IMG/VR virus record: IMGVR_UViG_3300025277_000015
Strand: one strand, 5' to 3'
DNA: 64,000 nucleotides
Source of the DNA: an uncultured virus (IMG/VR IMGVR_UViG_3300025277_000015)
Taxonomy: Duplodnaviria > Heunggongvirae > Uroviricota > Caudoviricetes
Shown here in pieces: positions 1-9,723 of the stretch (position 1 is its first letter; each line of letters starts with the position of its first letter). The position numbers and the translations under genes were made by a program. The notes under the pieces are model-generated. The model saw only the letters and a list, made by a program, of their open reading frames with translations. It did no database searches and had not been told where the DNA came from.

Positions 1-243
1 CTATAACTCGTTACTGGTTGACCATGAAAACGGTATTGATGACAATGAAACAAGCACCGCCGCCGCTATTTCTGCCTTTATAACCTCTTCAGAGTTTGAT
101 TTAGATGATGGGCATCAGTTTATGTTGATGTCTCGTGTTTTACCTGATGTTTCTTTTGAGGGGTCTACGGCTGATAGTCCTGCTATAAATATGACATTCT
201 TCCCACTAAATGCTTCAGGTTCAGGTTATAACTCGCCTACATC
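1..243. repeat. Terminal direct repeat, left copy (circular permutation or assembly overlap)
   Basis: Bases 1-243 match 63758-64000 at 241 of 243 positions. Confidence 0.97.
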
Positions 244-430
244 AGAAAGTGGTGTAAACACAGGTGCAGTTACGCGCTCTGCTACTTCTCCTGTTGAGGC
301 TTATACAAGCCAGATTCACACACGTGTGAGAGGTAGGCAGATGTCTATGAAGATAGAATCTAGCACGACAGGTGTACAATGGCAGTTAGGTTCTCCAAGA
401 GTTGACTTACGTACAGATGGGAGACGCTAA
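1..430 (+). CDS. C-terminal part of the tail tubular/stabilisation-like protein that starts at 62052
   Basis: The frame is open from base 2 (YNSLLVDHENG...) into the 122..430 ORF and is in frame with the ATG at 62052 across the repeat. The joined protein is about 711 aa. Confidence 0.85.
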   Translation, partial: YNSLLVDHENGIDDNETSTAAAISAFITSSEFDLDDGHQFMLMSRVLPDVSFEGSTADSPAINMTFFPLNASGSGYNSPTSESGVNTGAVTRSATSPVEAYTSQIHTRVRGRQMSMKIESSTTGVQWQLGSPRVDLRTDGRR

Positions 431-615
431 TGGCTGATCAATATACTGTAGAGTTTCGTGCCCCTGCTCTACCCTACCCCCCTACAGAATATAGCGCTGC
501 AGAGTTTGAACAGTTTAACAAGATTCTGCGTTTATATTTTAACCAATTAGACAGTGTACTACGAGATACTTCTCTAGCAGATAAGTCTGATGCAGTTGGG
601 TGGTTTGTTAGTTAG
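430..615 (+). CDS. Small hypothetical virion-module protein (61 aa)
   Basis: TAATG stop/start overlap with the upstream gene, within the late operon. Confidence 0.7.
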   Translation: MADQYTVEFRAPALPYPPTEYSAAEFEQFNKILRLYFNQLDSVLRDTSLADKSDAVGWFVS

Positions 616-936
616 ATGGCAAATACTTATACAAATGCAAAACTAGACTTAACATCTACAAGTGTTACGACTTTATATACTTGCGCTGCCTCGACAACGG
701 CTATTTTTAAGTCTATTATCGTATCTGAAGACTCTGGCAACGCTGACACCATAACTTTGACTTTGACTAATAGCAGCGATGTGTATAGTTTATTTAAAAC
801 TAAGTCAGTATCAGCAAATGGTACTGTAGAGCTGTTAACTGCACCGTTAGTAGTGCAAGCGACTGAAATACTAAAAGTTACCGCTGCTACAGCAAATAGA
901 CTACATGTAGTAGCCAGTGTGCTTGAAATAACTTAG
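616..936 (+). CDS. Putative virion structural protein (106 aa, beta-rich)
   Basis: Thr/Ser/Val-rich and abuts the previous gene. Confidence 0.7.
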   Translation: MANTYTNAKLDLTSTSVTTLYTCAASTTAIFKSIIVSEDSGNADTITLTLTNSSDVYSLFKTKSVSANGTVELLTAPLVVQATEILKVTAATANRLHVVASVLEIT

Positions 937-943
937 GTGAATT

Positions 944-1408
944 ATGGAAACTATCGATAGCAACCAAGAGAAGATCGCTCCAGGTCAGGTTATGGCTATC
1001 GCCGCAGAGCAGTTAAACGAAGATAACATACCCGTAGAAGCCATGTTAGCATCTGTTGCTAAAGAAGCGTCAATGGAAAGCGCAGACTTGGTACAAGTAG
1101 GAAACACTGTATTTCTTGGGCATAAGGGTAAAGGCGCAAACAAAACTAAGATGGTCGGACGTGCGTTCAATGTAGACACAGGACGTAATTTTATACGAAA
1201 TATTCTAAACTACTTAGGTTATTTGCAAGGTAAAAAATTTACGCACTACGCTTCTCAATTTAAAGGAGAAACTTTGTTACCCGCAATGAGAGCTTTAGAG
1301 AAAAAAATGGCTAACAAAGACTCTAATATTGCTGTAGCCCGTAGTCAAAATGACCAATACGTTGTTTATATTAATTTGGGCAAAGAACCTTTAGGGGTAG
1401 GAGCATAA
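944..1408 (+). CDS. Hypothetical protein (154 aa)
   Basis: AGGTG RBS and tight operon packing. Confidence 0.75.
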   Translation: METIDSNQEKIAPGQVMAIAAEQLNEDNIPVEAMLASVAKEASMESADLVQVGNTVFLGHKGKGANKTKMVGRAFNVDTGRNFIRNILNYLGYLQGKKFTHYASQFKGETLLPAMRALEKKMANKDSNIAVARSQNDQYVVYINLGKEPLGVGA

Positions 1409-1409
1409 C

Positions 1410-4400
1410 ATGTTTATAGCAAATGCTATCGGCGATGTTTTTGAGTTTGTAATAGGCGCAGTAGAAGACGTTGGTTCTTTTGTTGTTGAAGAAATTATAC
1501 AGCCTGTAGCGACTGCAGTTAGCGACGTTGTAGAAGCCGTAATAGATGACCCCATTGCCACTATTGCTACTATTGCAGCTACAATAACTCCAGGAATGCA
1601 GTGGGCTGTTCCCCTTATAAATGCAGCAGACACACTTGCAAAAGGCGGTAATATTGGCGATGTACTTAAGTCTGCGGCGTTAGGGTATATTGCACCAAAA
1701 GCAGGTAGTTATGTTTCTGAAGCTATTACAGGCGCAACAGGTAATATTCTTGGCGCTGGTGTAAAAGGGGCGATACAAGGAGGCGATTTAAGGAGTGCAT
1801 TATTGGGGGGTGCGACTGCCGAAATAGCTTCTGCTGCTACAAATGTTATAAAAGATAACCTTCCTTCTGGAGACTTTGGGCAGTTTACTTTTAACGAAAC
1901 CACTGAAAACGCTCTTAACAAAGGAATTAAAGCTTATATAGACGCAGGGGGAGATATTAGCGAAGCTGCAGTGGTAGCAACAACAGCGACGGTATCAGGA
2001 CTTCTTAAAGAAAACAGCAACTTTAACGGTGATATTACCGATGGACTTGTAAACGCCACTGTTGCTGCTCTTAAAGGAGGCGACGCTTTAGGTGCGTTTA
2101 ATAGTACTCTAAATGCTGCAGGGGTCAAAGACCTAAACGCAAAGATTGATGAGTTAATATTACCCCCACAAACTAAATTTTACGATGTAAATGGTGGGGA
2201 ACACAGCTCCGCAGACGGTGCAAACGCAGCAAACAAAGACGCTTTAGATGCTTATAATACAGCGTCTGATAACTATAAAAGTGCTGTAAAAGCAAAAAAA
2301 CAAGCCAAAGGCATGATAGTAGATAGCGGCGACGCTTTCCGAGCAAAAAATGCAGCTTTATCTGCAGCAGATTCGGCTATGAATAGTGCTACAGCGGCTA
2401 TGGACAACTACAAAAACGCTGTAACAAACCGCGTAGATTTAGGCCTAAACGATGCTCATACAAAAGAACGTAATGATGAAGCAATCAGGCTTAAGAATGA
2501 AAAAGATGACGCAGCCGCAGACGCACGTATTATAGCTTTAGCAGATGCTAAAACAGAAGCCGAAGGATTTATTGGTGAATATGACGAAATTAATGAAGAA
2601 CTAATTGCTAAAGCAAAAGAAGCGGAAGAGGCTAGAGTAGCGGAAGAGGCTAGAGTAGCGGAAGAGGCTAGAGTAGCAGAAGAAGCTAGAGTAGCGGAAG
2701 AGGCTAGAGTAGCGGAAGAGGCTAGAGTAGCAGAAGAAGCAGAAAAGGTTAGATTAGCTGAAGAAAAAGCTGAAGCTACTCGTTTAAAAACTGAAGCTGA
2801 AGAAGCAGAAAAGGTTAGACTAGCGGAAGAAGCAGAAAAGGTTAGACTAGCGGAAGAAGCAGAAAAGGCTACCACTGCTGAAGAAGAACTAGCTAGTTTA
2901 GGTATATCAGACGCAGATCCTATAGAAACAGACAGTGGATTTGTAGATGAAAGGGAGTTTACTGACGTAGCTTCTATAGGCGATCTAACAGATATAATTT
3001 CAAAACCTGAAGAAGAAACAGATGATATTGAAGACATATTATCTTTATATGATGACACAGAAGCAGGAGATTTTGTTGGAGCCGAAGATGCAGTTGATGT
3101 GGCAGAAGAAAAAGATACTTCCTACCTAGCGGATTACGAACCTGTAACTATAGATACTCCAATAGATAGGCGAAGAGCAGAAGACGAATTTGACCGTATT
3201 ATCGCTGAAGGCGGTGCGATAGACTACGTTGGAGCTAACGCAACTTCAAAACAAGCAAAAGCGTTATTGGCTCCTAAAGTGTCTGAATTAATGCAAGTTG
3301 GTATAAACCACGCTAGAGACCTTGGTTATAATATAAGTTCGGGGTTTTTAGAAGAGGCAGCATTAAGCGCTGCAGGTTTAGGTAAAAATGCAGATGAATT
3401 TATTGAATTTCTCGATGGACACGACGATTATTTAATTGGTGGTTGGTCTGCTAATGACAATACCTACGGACTTACTGACGAAGATATGGCAAGTATAAGC
3501 ATGTATAGCATGTCTTCGTACCCTAAAGGAGCTGGAATTGGCCCTGACACCACTAATTTAGATGCTATAAGCGCTGCTGAACTTGCTAATGAAAGTTATG
3601 AAAGCGTACTTACTGGAACAGATGTACTTAATCCTAATTACGTCCAATATACCTTTGGCACAGAAACTATGCAAGGCGTTGCTGACTACTTAAGTAACTG
3701 GTCTAAAAGCCAAGACGCTAAAATTTCAGACGAGATGCGTGTACGCCAACATTACGCTTTACCCGCAGAGGGTACAACAATAGAGCAGATAGTAAATGGC
3801 ACTGCGTTAGATATGGCAGGGCGTCCTTACGGAACTGATAAAATAGCCACAGCGATGACTGGTGCTCAAGAAGTAGGAGATATTTTTCTTGATCTTGGTT
3901 TGATGGCTATCCCGTTTGTAGGTGTTCCCATAGCTTATGGCATATCTCAATCAGCAGCGTCAGAAGCGGCTAGACAAGATATAGATAGAGCTATTAATAC
4001 TGCTTTAGAAAATGGTACTTTAGAGAACGATCCTGGGTATCAAGCTCTATTAAAAATCTACAATGGAGATGAAACTGAAGCTATCAACCGTTTAAAAGAT
4101 AGGGCTGAAAAATACGCGTTTGCTGCAGGTAATGTTGGCGCTGTAGCTGATTTAGCAGTCGCAAAAATGGCGGCTGTTTCTGGTGTAAAAAGCGTTGTTA
4201 ATTCTATTTCTCCTAAATTTGCAAAATTAATCGGCTTACCTTCTGCTGTTATTACAAATACAGGAGTTGAGGGTGTAGGGGAAGGCATAGAAACATATTT
4301 AGCTAACAAAGCAACAGAATACTTGGGTACAGATCCTAACGAAGGCGTTGGTGGAGCCGTGTTATTGGGAGCTGCAGGAGGAGCTGCAGGTACAACAACA

Positions 4401-6497
4401 GCAGTTGGTACGTTAACTCCAGGAACTGCATTATACAACTTAATAACAAAAGGTGCAGGTAACTCAATAGTTAAAGGTGATGTATTTGTAGATAATGAAG
4501 GAAATTTTAGCACCTCTCCTGAAGGAACCTCAGAATATGTAGGATCAGCTTTTGTCCCTAATTTTGCCAATGAGTTTGAAGATGCAAAATCGGTTTCTGA
4601 TTATACTGAGGCTGAAACAGAAATTGATACAGCAGAAACTACGTTCGCTGATTTAGAGGCAACGGGAGAGATACCTAAAGGTATAACAGAAGATACTGTA
4701 ATAGAAAATGTTATAGAAAACCTTGAAGGTGAAACAGGGGATACACTTACAGGTACAGATACAGATACAACAGAAACAATAGATGATACGTTTACTACGT
4801 TAGAAGAAGCAGGAGTGTCGCCTGCAGAGTTTGCAAGAAATGAAAATTTCAACGATATAATGTCGTTAAATACACAAGCAAACCCAGAATTTAGAGCTAT
4901 TTTTGAAGCGATGACGGGCAATGATGCAACTGATGAAACCATAGCTAATACTCCAAACGATACGTGGAAAAGTATTCTTACTCGTGCAGAAAATAACAAA
5001 ACTTTAGACACTAGCACTGTAAATAATTATAAAGCTCAATTAGATGTAACACCTGCTGACGAGTTTGTAGGTACAGGTACAGACGTTACAGATGTTATAG
5101 AAAACCTTGAAGGTGAGACAGGGGATACACCTACAGGAATAACAGGCTTTACAACTGCTAAAGGTTCTACTTACGAATTAACGTCTGATTCTACAACTGA
5201 AAGGACTCGTGCAGCCCGTGACGATACCGAAGAATCGGGGCTTCAACCTCGTAGCGGTAAAACTGTTTACATGAATGAAAATGATAAAACAACTATTGGT
5301 AGTATATTTCAATCAGGAATACCCGTACAATTTATCCCCGACACCACAAATAATACAGCAAAACTAGTTCATTTAGATAGTTATGGCCCCCTAAACGCTG
5401 GTGACGACGCTTCTGAAACTGTTGATTTTTCTCTTACTCCAGAGGTAGGGTTGTACCCTGTGGAAATTTATGACTCAAACAACTCAGATATTCGCAATGT
5501 GCATTTTGGCAGTGAGATTGTAGGTTTAAATACCGCAGAAGATGCGTTCGTTGATTTAGAGGCAACAGGAGAGATACCCGCAGGTGAAACAACTAAAACA
5601 AGTTATGACATAGCAACTGACCCATTTGATGCAGATGGTTTCTTCGGTGACCCCAGACGTACGCGGCAAGATTTAGTCTTTGATACTGAAACAGGAACTT
5701 ACTCTGCTTTTGGCGAGATAGCTACAGGTACAGACGTTACAGGTACAGACGTTACAGGTACAGACGTTATAGATGTTATAGAAAACCTTGAGAGTGAAGC
5801 AGGGGATACACCTACAGGCATAGTAGAAGATACTGCAGTCGTCACGCCCTATACTGATACCACAGTAGGCACTACAGATGTTACTCCTAATGACGTTGTA
5901 GCTATTCTTGGCGGGGATACTAACAATGTAACAGATGCAGATATAGATGCCGTTGCAAAAGTAGCTGAAATTGTAAAGTCTGAGGTAGACGCTAGCACAG
6001 ATACAACGACAGATACGATTGTAGACACAGCTACGGATATAGCTACTGATACCGTTACCGATACAACAGTCACCATACCAGAAGATGAAGAAGAAAGAAG
6101 AAGGCGGCGGAAACGTAGAAGACAACAGCAAGCACTGCTTGAACAGCAACAGGTAGATCCTGCAGAGCTTGTAAATATTAAATCTTTGTATAATTTTGCT
6201 GACATTTTTGCTACTCCTGAACAGGCACGAGAATTTAAACGCCCGTATGATCTTGCAGATATAACTCCTATGGGAGAAGAAGTTCAGTCTACACAAGACA
6301 TTAATGAAGAAAATTTTTTACAGTTAATTGCGGCTGCAGACATGAACCCAGAGTTGTTAGAACAAGAGAAAGACGAATTATTAGTGGACGAATTGCAAAA
6401 ATTAGGTATAACTAATCCATATGCAGCAGCTAGTGCTGAAAGTTCCGACGAAACAACAGATAGAATACTACAATTATACAACAGGGCTAAAGTTTGA
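1410..6497 (+). CDS. Large acidic, repeat-rich internal virion/ejection-type protein (1695 aa)
   Basis: Long ORF with Gly/Ala-rich hydrophobic segments, EEARVA repeats and acidic Thr-rich repeats, located after the tail genes. Confidence 0.65.
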   Translation: MFIANAIGDVFEFVIGAVEDVGSFVVEEIIQPVATAVSDVVEAVIDDPIATIATIAATITPGMQWAVPLINAADTLAKGGNIGDVLKSAALGYIAPKAGSYVSEAITGATGNILGAGVKGAIQGGDLRSALLGGATAEIASAATNVIKDNLPSGDFGQFTFNETTENALNKGIKAYIDAGGDISEAAVVATTATVSGLLKENSNFNGDITDGLVNATVAALKGGDALGAFNSTLNAAGVKDLNAKIDELILPPQTKFYDVNGGEHSSADGANAANKDALDAYNTASDNYKSAVKAKKQAKGMIVDSGDAFRAKNAALSAADSAMNSATAAMDNYKNAVTNRVDLGLNDAHTKERNDEAIRLKNEKDDAAADARIIALADAKTEAEGFIGEYDEINEELIAKAKEAEEARVAEEARVAEEARVAEEARVAEEARVAEEARVAEEAEKVRLAEEKAEATRLKTEAEEAEKVRLAEEAEKVRLAEEAEKATTAEEELASLGISDADPIETDSGFVDEREFTDVASIGDLTDIISKPEEETDDIEDILSLYDDTEAGDFVGAEDAVDVAEEKDTSYLADYEPVTIDTPIDRRRAEDEFDRIIAEGGAIDYVGANATSKQAKALLAPKVSELMQVGINHARDLGYNISSGFLEEAALSAAGLGKNADEFIEFLDGHDDYLIGGWSANDNTYGLTDEDMASISMYSMSSYPKGAGIGPDTTNLDAISAAELANESYESVLTGTDVLNPNYVQYTFGTETMQGVADYLSNWSKSQDAKISDEMRVRQHYALPAEGTTIEQIVNGTALDMAGRPYGTDKIATAMTGAQEVGDIFLDLGLMAIPFVGVPIAYGISQSAASEAARQDIDRAINTALENGTLENDPGYQALLKIYNGDETEAINRLKDRAEKYAFAAGNVGAVADLAVAKMAAVSGVKSVVNSISPKFAKLIGLPSAVITNTGVEGVGEGIETYLANKATEYLGTDPNEGVGGAVLLGAAGGAAGTTTAVGTLTPGTALYNLITKGAGNSIVKGDVFVDNEGNFSTSPEGTSEYVGSAFVPNFANEFEDAKSVSDYTEAETEIDTAETTFADLEATGEIPKGITEDTVIENVIENLEGETGDTLTGTDTDTTETIDDTFTTLEEAGVSPAEFARNENFNDIMSLNTQANPEFRAIFEAMTGNDATDETIANTPNDTWKSILTRAENNKTLDTSTVNNYKAQLDVTPADEFVGTGTDVTDVIENLEGETGDTPTGITGFTTAKGSTYELTSDSTTERTRAARDDTEESGLQPRSGKTVYMNENDKTTIGSIFQSGIPVQFIPDTTNNTAKLVHLDSYGPLNAGDDASETVDFSLTPEVGLYPVEIYDSNNSDIRNVHFGSEIVGLNTAEDAFVDLEATGEIPAGETTKTSYDIATDPFDADGFFGDPRRTRQDLVFDTETGTYSAFGEIATGTDVTGTDVTGTDVIDVIENLESEAGDTPTGIVEDTAVVTPYTDTTVGTTDVTPNDVVAILGGDTNNVTDADIDAVAKVAEIVKSEVDASTDTTTDTIVDTATDIATDTVTDTTVTIPEDEEERRRRRKRRRQQQALLEQQQVDPAELVNIKSLYNFADIFATPEQAREFKRPYDLADITPMGEEVQSTQDINEENFLQLIAAADMNPELLEQEKDELLVDELQKLGITNPYAAASAESSDETTDRILQLYNRAKV
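2625..2867 (+). repeat. Coding tandem repeats: 18-nt unit x6 (EEARVA), then 27-nt units (EEAEKVRLA)
   Basis: gaagaggctagagtagcg-like unit x6 at 2625-2732. gaagaagcagaaaaggttagactagcg-like units at 2733, 2799, 2826 and a partial one at 2853. Confidence 0.95.
5724..5768 (+). repeat. 15-nt tandem repeat x3 (TGTDV)
   Basis: acaggtacagacgtt three times. Confidence 0.95.
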
Positions 6498-6519
6498 TGT
6501 ATGAAAACGGAGATAGATA

Positions 6520-7446
6520 ATGAGTTTTTTTGGTGATATATGGAATTTTGTTTCAGGAACTGGGACTGGCACTGAAGATAATACTTTATTTAAGAGCGTA
6601 TTTTATGATGATAAAGGCGAAATAGATTACGCTAAAACTGCAGGAATACTTGGAGCTATAGGCGGTGCAACAGGTGTGCTTGGTAGTGGAACTCCACCTC
6701 CTGTAGGTTATCAAGGAGAAATACCTAAGTACCGAGCTACAAGATCTCGTGTTGGTGGTACATATGACCCTCTTCGTAGGCCAGGTAGTGGTGGACAACG
6801 TTATTTTTCTGATATGCGGTTTACACCTAAAGAAATTATAGACGATGATGGTATAGCATCTATTAACCCTGCACTTGCGACTGCAAGAACTGCCTCTGAT
6901 GAACAAGCATTGGGGCTCGCAGCCGCTAATCTAGCTAATCCAGCACGTCAAGCTTCTCCTGCGGCTATAACGCCCTACACCCCCTCAGAAGCCGTTGCAG
7001 AGACTACTACAGGTGGTTCTGGTGTGGTTGACCTATTACCTGCTGTACCAGACTACACAGGAGACACGCTAAAAGATGTTGCTTCTAGGTATATTGATGT
7101 GTCTGATTCTTACATATCTCCCTACAGCCAAAGTGCAGGAGCAGGACGAGGCTCATACGCGGCAGGTGGTATAGCTAAGTTAAGAGAAGGTCGATATTTA
7201 GCTGGGGCTACTGATGGTATGGCTGATAAAATACCTGCTGAAATAGATCAAGTACAACCTGCGGCTCTAAGTGACGGAGAATATGTCATACCTGCTGACG
7301 TAGTTAGTCACCTTGGTAACGGTAATTCAGATGCGGGAGCAAAAGTTTTAGACGAGTTTTTAGTTGAAGTGCGCGAAGCACGTACAGGAAACGGCAAGCA
7401 GGGTAAGGAAATAGACCCTAAAAAATTGCTACCAAAAGTAGCGTGA
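6520..7446 (+). CDS. Putative internal virion protein (308 aa)
   Basis: GGAG RBS. C-terminal GATDGMADKIPA...LSDGEYVIPADVV block of the kind seen in phage virion proteins. Confidence 0.65.
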   Translation: MSFFGDIWNFVSGTGTGTEDNTLFKSVFYDDKGEIDYAKTAGILGAIGGATGVLGSGTPPPVGYQGEIPKYRATRSRVGGTYDPLRRPGSGGQRYFSDMRFTPKEIIDDDGIASINPALATARTASDEQALGLAAANLANPARQASPAAITPYTPSEAVAETTTGGSGVVDLLPAVPDYTGDTLKDVASRYIDVSDSYISPYSQSAGAGRGSYAAGGIAKLREGRYLAGATDGMADKIPAEIDQVQPAALSDGEYVIPADVVSHLGNGNSDAGAKVLDEFLVEVREARTGNGKQGKEIDPKKLLPKVA

Positions 7447-7457
7447 GGAGATAAATA

Positions 7458-8285
7458 ATGGCATTAGAAGAAGGTGACATCTTAGGTAAAGAATCTGCTC
7501 TATCTAATTGGGCGGGTGATTACGTTACTGATATGCTTGGTAGAGGTCAAGCTTTAGCTGATGAAGGGTATCAAGGTTATACTGGGCCGTTAACAGCAGG
7601 GCAATCTGAGTTACAGACAAGTGCATTTCAAGGCATTGGCGGTTTAAATTTACCAACAGAAAACATGGGTGCATTTACTCCTGACACGTTTACAGCAGAT
7701 GCCGCTGCTAGGTACATGAATCCTTACCTTATGGCATCATTAAATCCACAGATTAAAGAAGCGAGACGGCAGTCAGATATAGATAGGTTAAAAAATGCTA
7801 CTCGTATGACACAAGCAGGTGCTTTTGGTGGCAGTCGTCAGGCAATACTTGACGCAGAAAACCAAAGAGCTCTTCAGTCTAATTTATCTGACATAGTGGG
7901 TACAGGCTATAGTAGAGCTTATGATACGGCTATGGGGCAGTTTAATATAGAGCAAGATCGAGCAAGAGGTGCACAAGATGACGTTAACAGATATGGGTTG
8001 GGCGCTATACAAAAACTATATGATATAGGAGAAGAACAAAGGGGTATAGAGTCTGAAGGTATTGCAGCAGATTTAGCGCAGTTTAGAGAAGAGCGCGATT
8101 ACCCATACAAACAAGTGCAGTATATGCAGTCACTACTTCAAGGATTACCTGTAGAAGCTCAACAATATTCTACCCAAGGGCTTAGTGATGTAGGTCAATT
8201 TTCTGAAGACTACGGTGCGTTAGCAGGTTTCTTTAGGGAGTTAGGTAAGCCTACTAAAAAGAATACAGAGGAGACAAGTACATGA
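7458..8285 (+). CDS. Putative internal virion/DNA-transfer protein (275 aa)
   Basis: GAGGAG RBS. Gln/Ala-rich helical sequence with YMNPY and GAFGGSRQ motifs. Confidence 0.6.
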   Translation: MALEEGDILGKESALSNWAGDYVTDMLGRGQALADEGYQGYTGPLTAGQSELQTSAFQGIGGLNLPTENMGAFTPDTFTADAAARYMNPYLMASLNPQIKEARRQSDIDRLKNATRMTQAGAFGGSRQAILDAENQRALQSNLSDIVGTGYSRAYDTAMGQFNIEQDRARGAQDDVNRYGLGAIQKLYDIGEEQRGIESEGIAADLAQFREERDYPYKQVQYMQSLLQGLPVEAQQYSTQGLSDVGQFSEDYGALAGFFRELGKPTKKNTEETST

Positions 8286-9709
8286 TAGATCCAAATGCAA
8301 TGTCTCAGGGAATAGCTGGAGCGATGCCTCAAATAGCAGCAGCAGATCCTCAACGTAGACCGCAAGGACAAGTGGGCGGAGACTTACTAAAAGCTTTAGC
8401 TGCACAGAAATTATTAAAAGAAAAACAAGCGGCGCAACGCCAGATGGCTTTAGCACAAGAGACCGATGCTAATACTGTCGTATCTAAGAATGAAGCAGAG
8501 TTAGCGCAAAGATCTTTGGACGAAGTATCTAAAGGTGTGTCTGGAGTTTTACAAAACAAACAAAGAAACGCACAAAAAAGAATGAACGCTCTTGCAAGTG
8601 GTCAACGCAGGGGTAGACCTCCTCAAGGTTTAGCTGACGCACGTATGGCTCAAGCTCTTGCACAAGGTGGCCCAAGACGTATGGCTCAAGGGGGCATTGT
8701 AGGGTTTCAACAAGGTCAAGAAGTGGAAGGCGCAGAGGTAGACGCTGAGACACAAAGTAAAATAATAGAATACGTAAAAGAAAACCCTTGGGCAACAGCT
8801 TTAAACACAGCAGCGTTAGCTGCACTTGTTGCCCCTGTGCCTGGAGGTCGTCCTTTAGCAGGAGTATTAAAATTAGGAGCTATGGGGGCTAAATATGCTC
8901 CTAAAATAGCTAAAGGGGTAGGAAAATTATTTACAAAACCTAAACCTGGCCTGCAAGGACGTAACTTAAATAGAATTAATACAGGCCAACCGATGGGAGA
9001 AGCTACAAAAAGACTAGGTATAACTGATGACGTAACAGCCGCAAGTAGGCAATTTGATCCACTTAGGTCGGCTGGAGTGTTAGGAACTGCTGGAGGTATT
9101 AGTAGCCTAATTGAAGGTGGGGGAGACGAAAAAATAGTAGATACAGGCAAGGGAGATGAGGACAAAAAAGTAATAACTCCAGCGGCAACATTACCTGCAC
9201 CTGCGGTAGATTCTAATTTACCGACTTACCAAGAAAAAATGACAAAAATTGAACGTGCTTTAGCTCAAGGCGGCATAGAAAGTTTTGCTAAAAATATGCA
9301 AGATATGGATGAAAAAGAAGCTGAACGAGCAATAAAGGAACGTTCAAATGAGCTGCTTGCAGAATATAATAGGTCAGTAGTAGACCAAAGAACTCTTAAT
9401 GCAGCGCAAACACAACTATTAAATTACAGTAAACAATTGCAGATATTAGTAAGTCAAGACCCTATGGTGTTAGCGGCACAACGAGCACTTGAAGCAGCCT
9501 TAGACGACGGCGATGAAAGTGATATAGTAACAACACAAAAAGCACTTTCGAGTGCACAAGGAGCGGCTACGGCATCTATCGGTAAAACTCCAAGTGGGCG
9601 AGCTCTTATATCTCAAATAAAAGCTTTAGAAGCAACATTAAGTAGGTACCAAGGAGGTAGCGCAACTGTAGACAGTAGCGGTTTTGGTGAATTAAAAATT
9701 ACAGGGTAG
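8282..9709 (+). CDS. Putative internal virion protein (475 aa)
   Basis: ATGA overlap with the upstream gene. Gln/Ala-rich coiled-coil segments and AQGG motifs. Confidence 0.6.
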   Translation: MIDPNAMSQGIAGAMPQIAAADPQRRPQGQVGGDLLKALAAQKLLKEKQAAQRQMALAQETDANTVVSKNEAELAQRSLDEVSKGVSGVLQNKQRNAQKRMNALASGQRRGRPPQGLADARMAQALAQGGPRRMAQGGIVGFQQGQEVEGAEVDAETQSKIIEYVKENPWATALNTAALAALVAPVPGGRPLAGVLKLGAMGAKYAPKIAKGVGKLFTKPKPGLQGRNLNRINTGQPMGEATKRLGITDDVTAASRQFDPLRSAGVLGTAGGISSLIEGGGDEKIVDTGKGDEDKKVITPAATLPAPAVDSNLPTYQEKMTKIERALAQGGIESFAKNMQDMDEKEAERAIKERSNELLAEYNRSVVDQRTLNAAQTQLLNYSKQLQILVSQDPMVLAAQRALEAALDDGDESDIVTTQKALSSAQGAATASIGKTPSGRALISQIKALEATLSRYQGGSATVDSSGFGELKITG

Positions 9710-9723
9710 AAACAGGAATTGTT

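Noticed and set aside
2456..6481. Long antisense ORFs (for example 2456..3058, 4058..4570, 5673..6296)
   Set aside because: They are Ser-rich shadow frames of the repetitive plus-strand gene and run against the operon direction.
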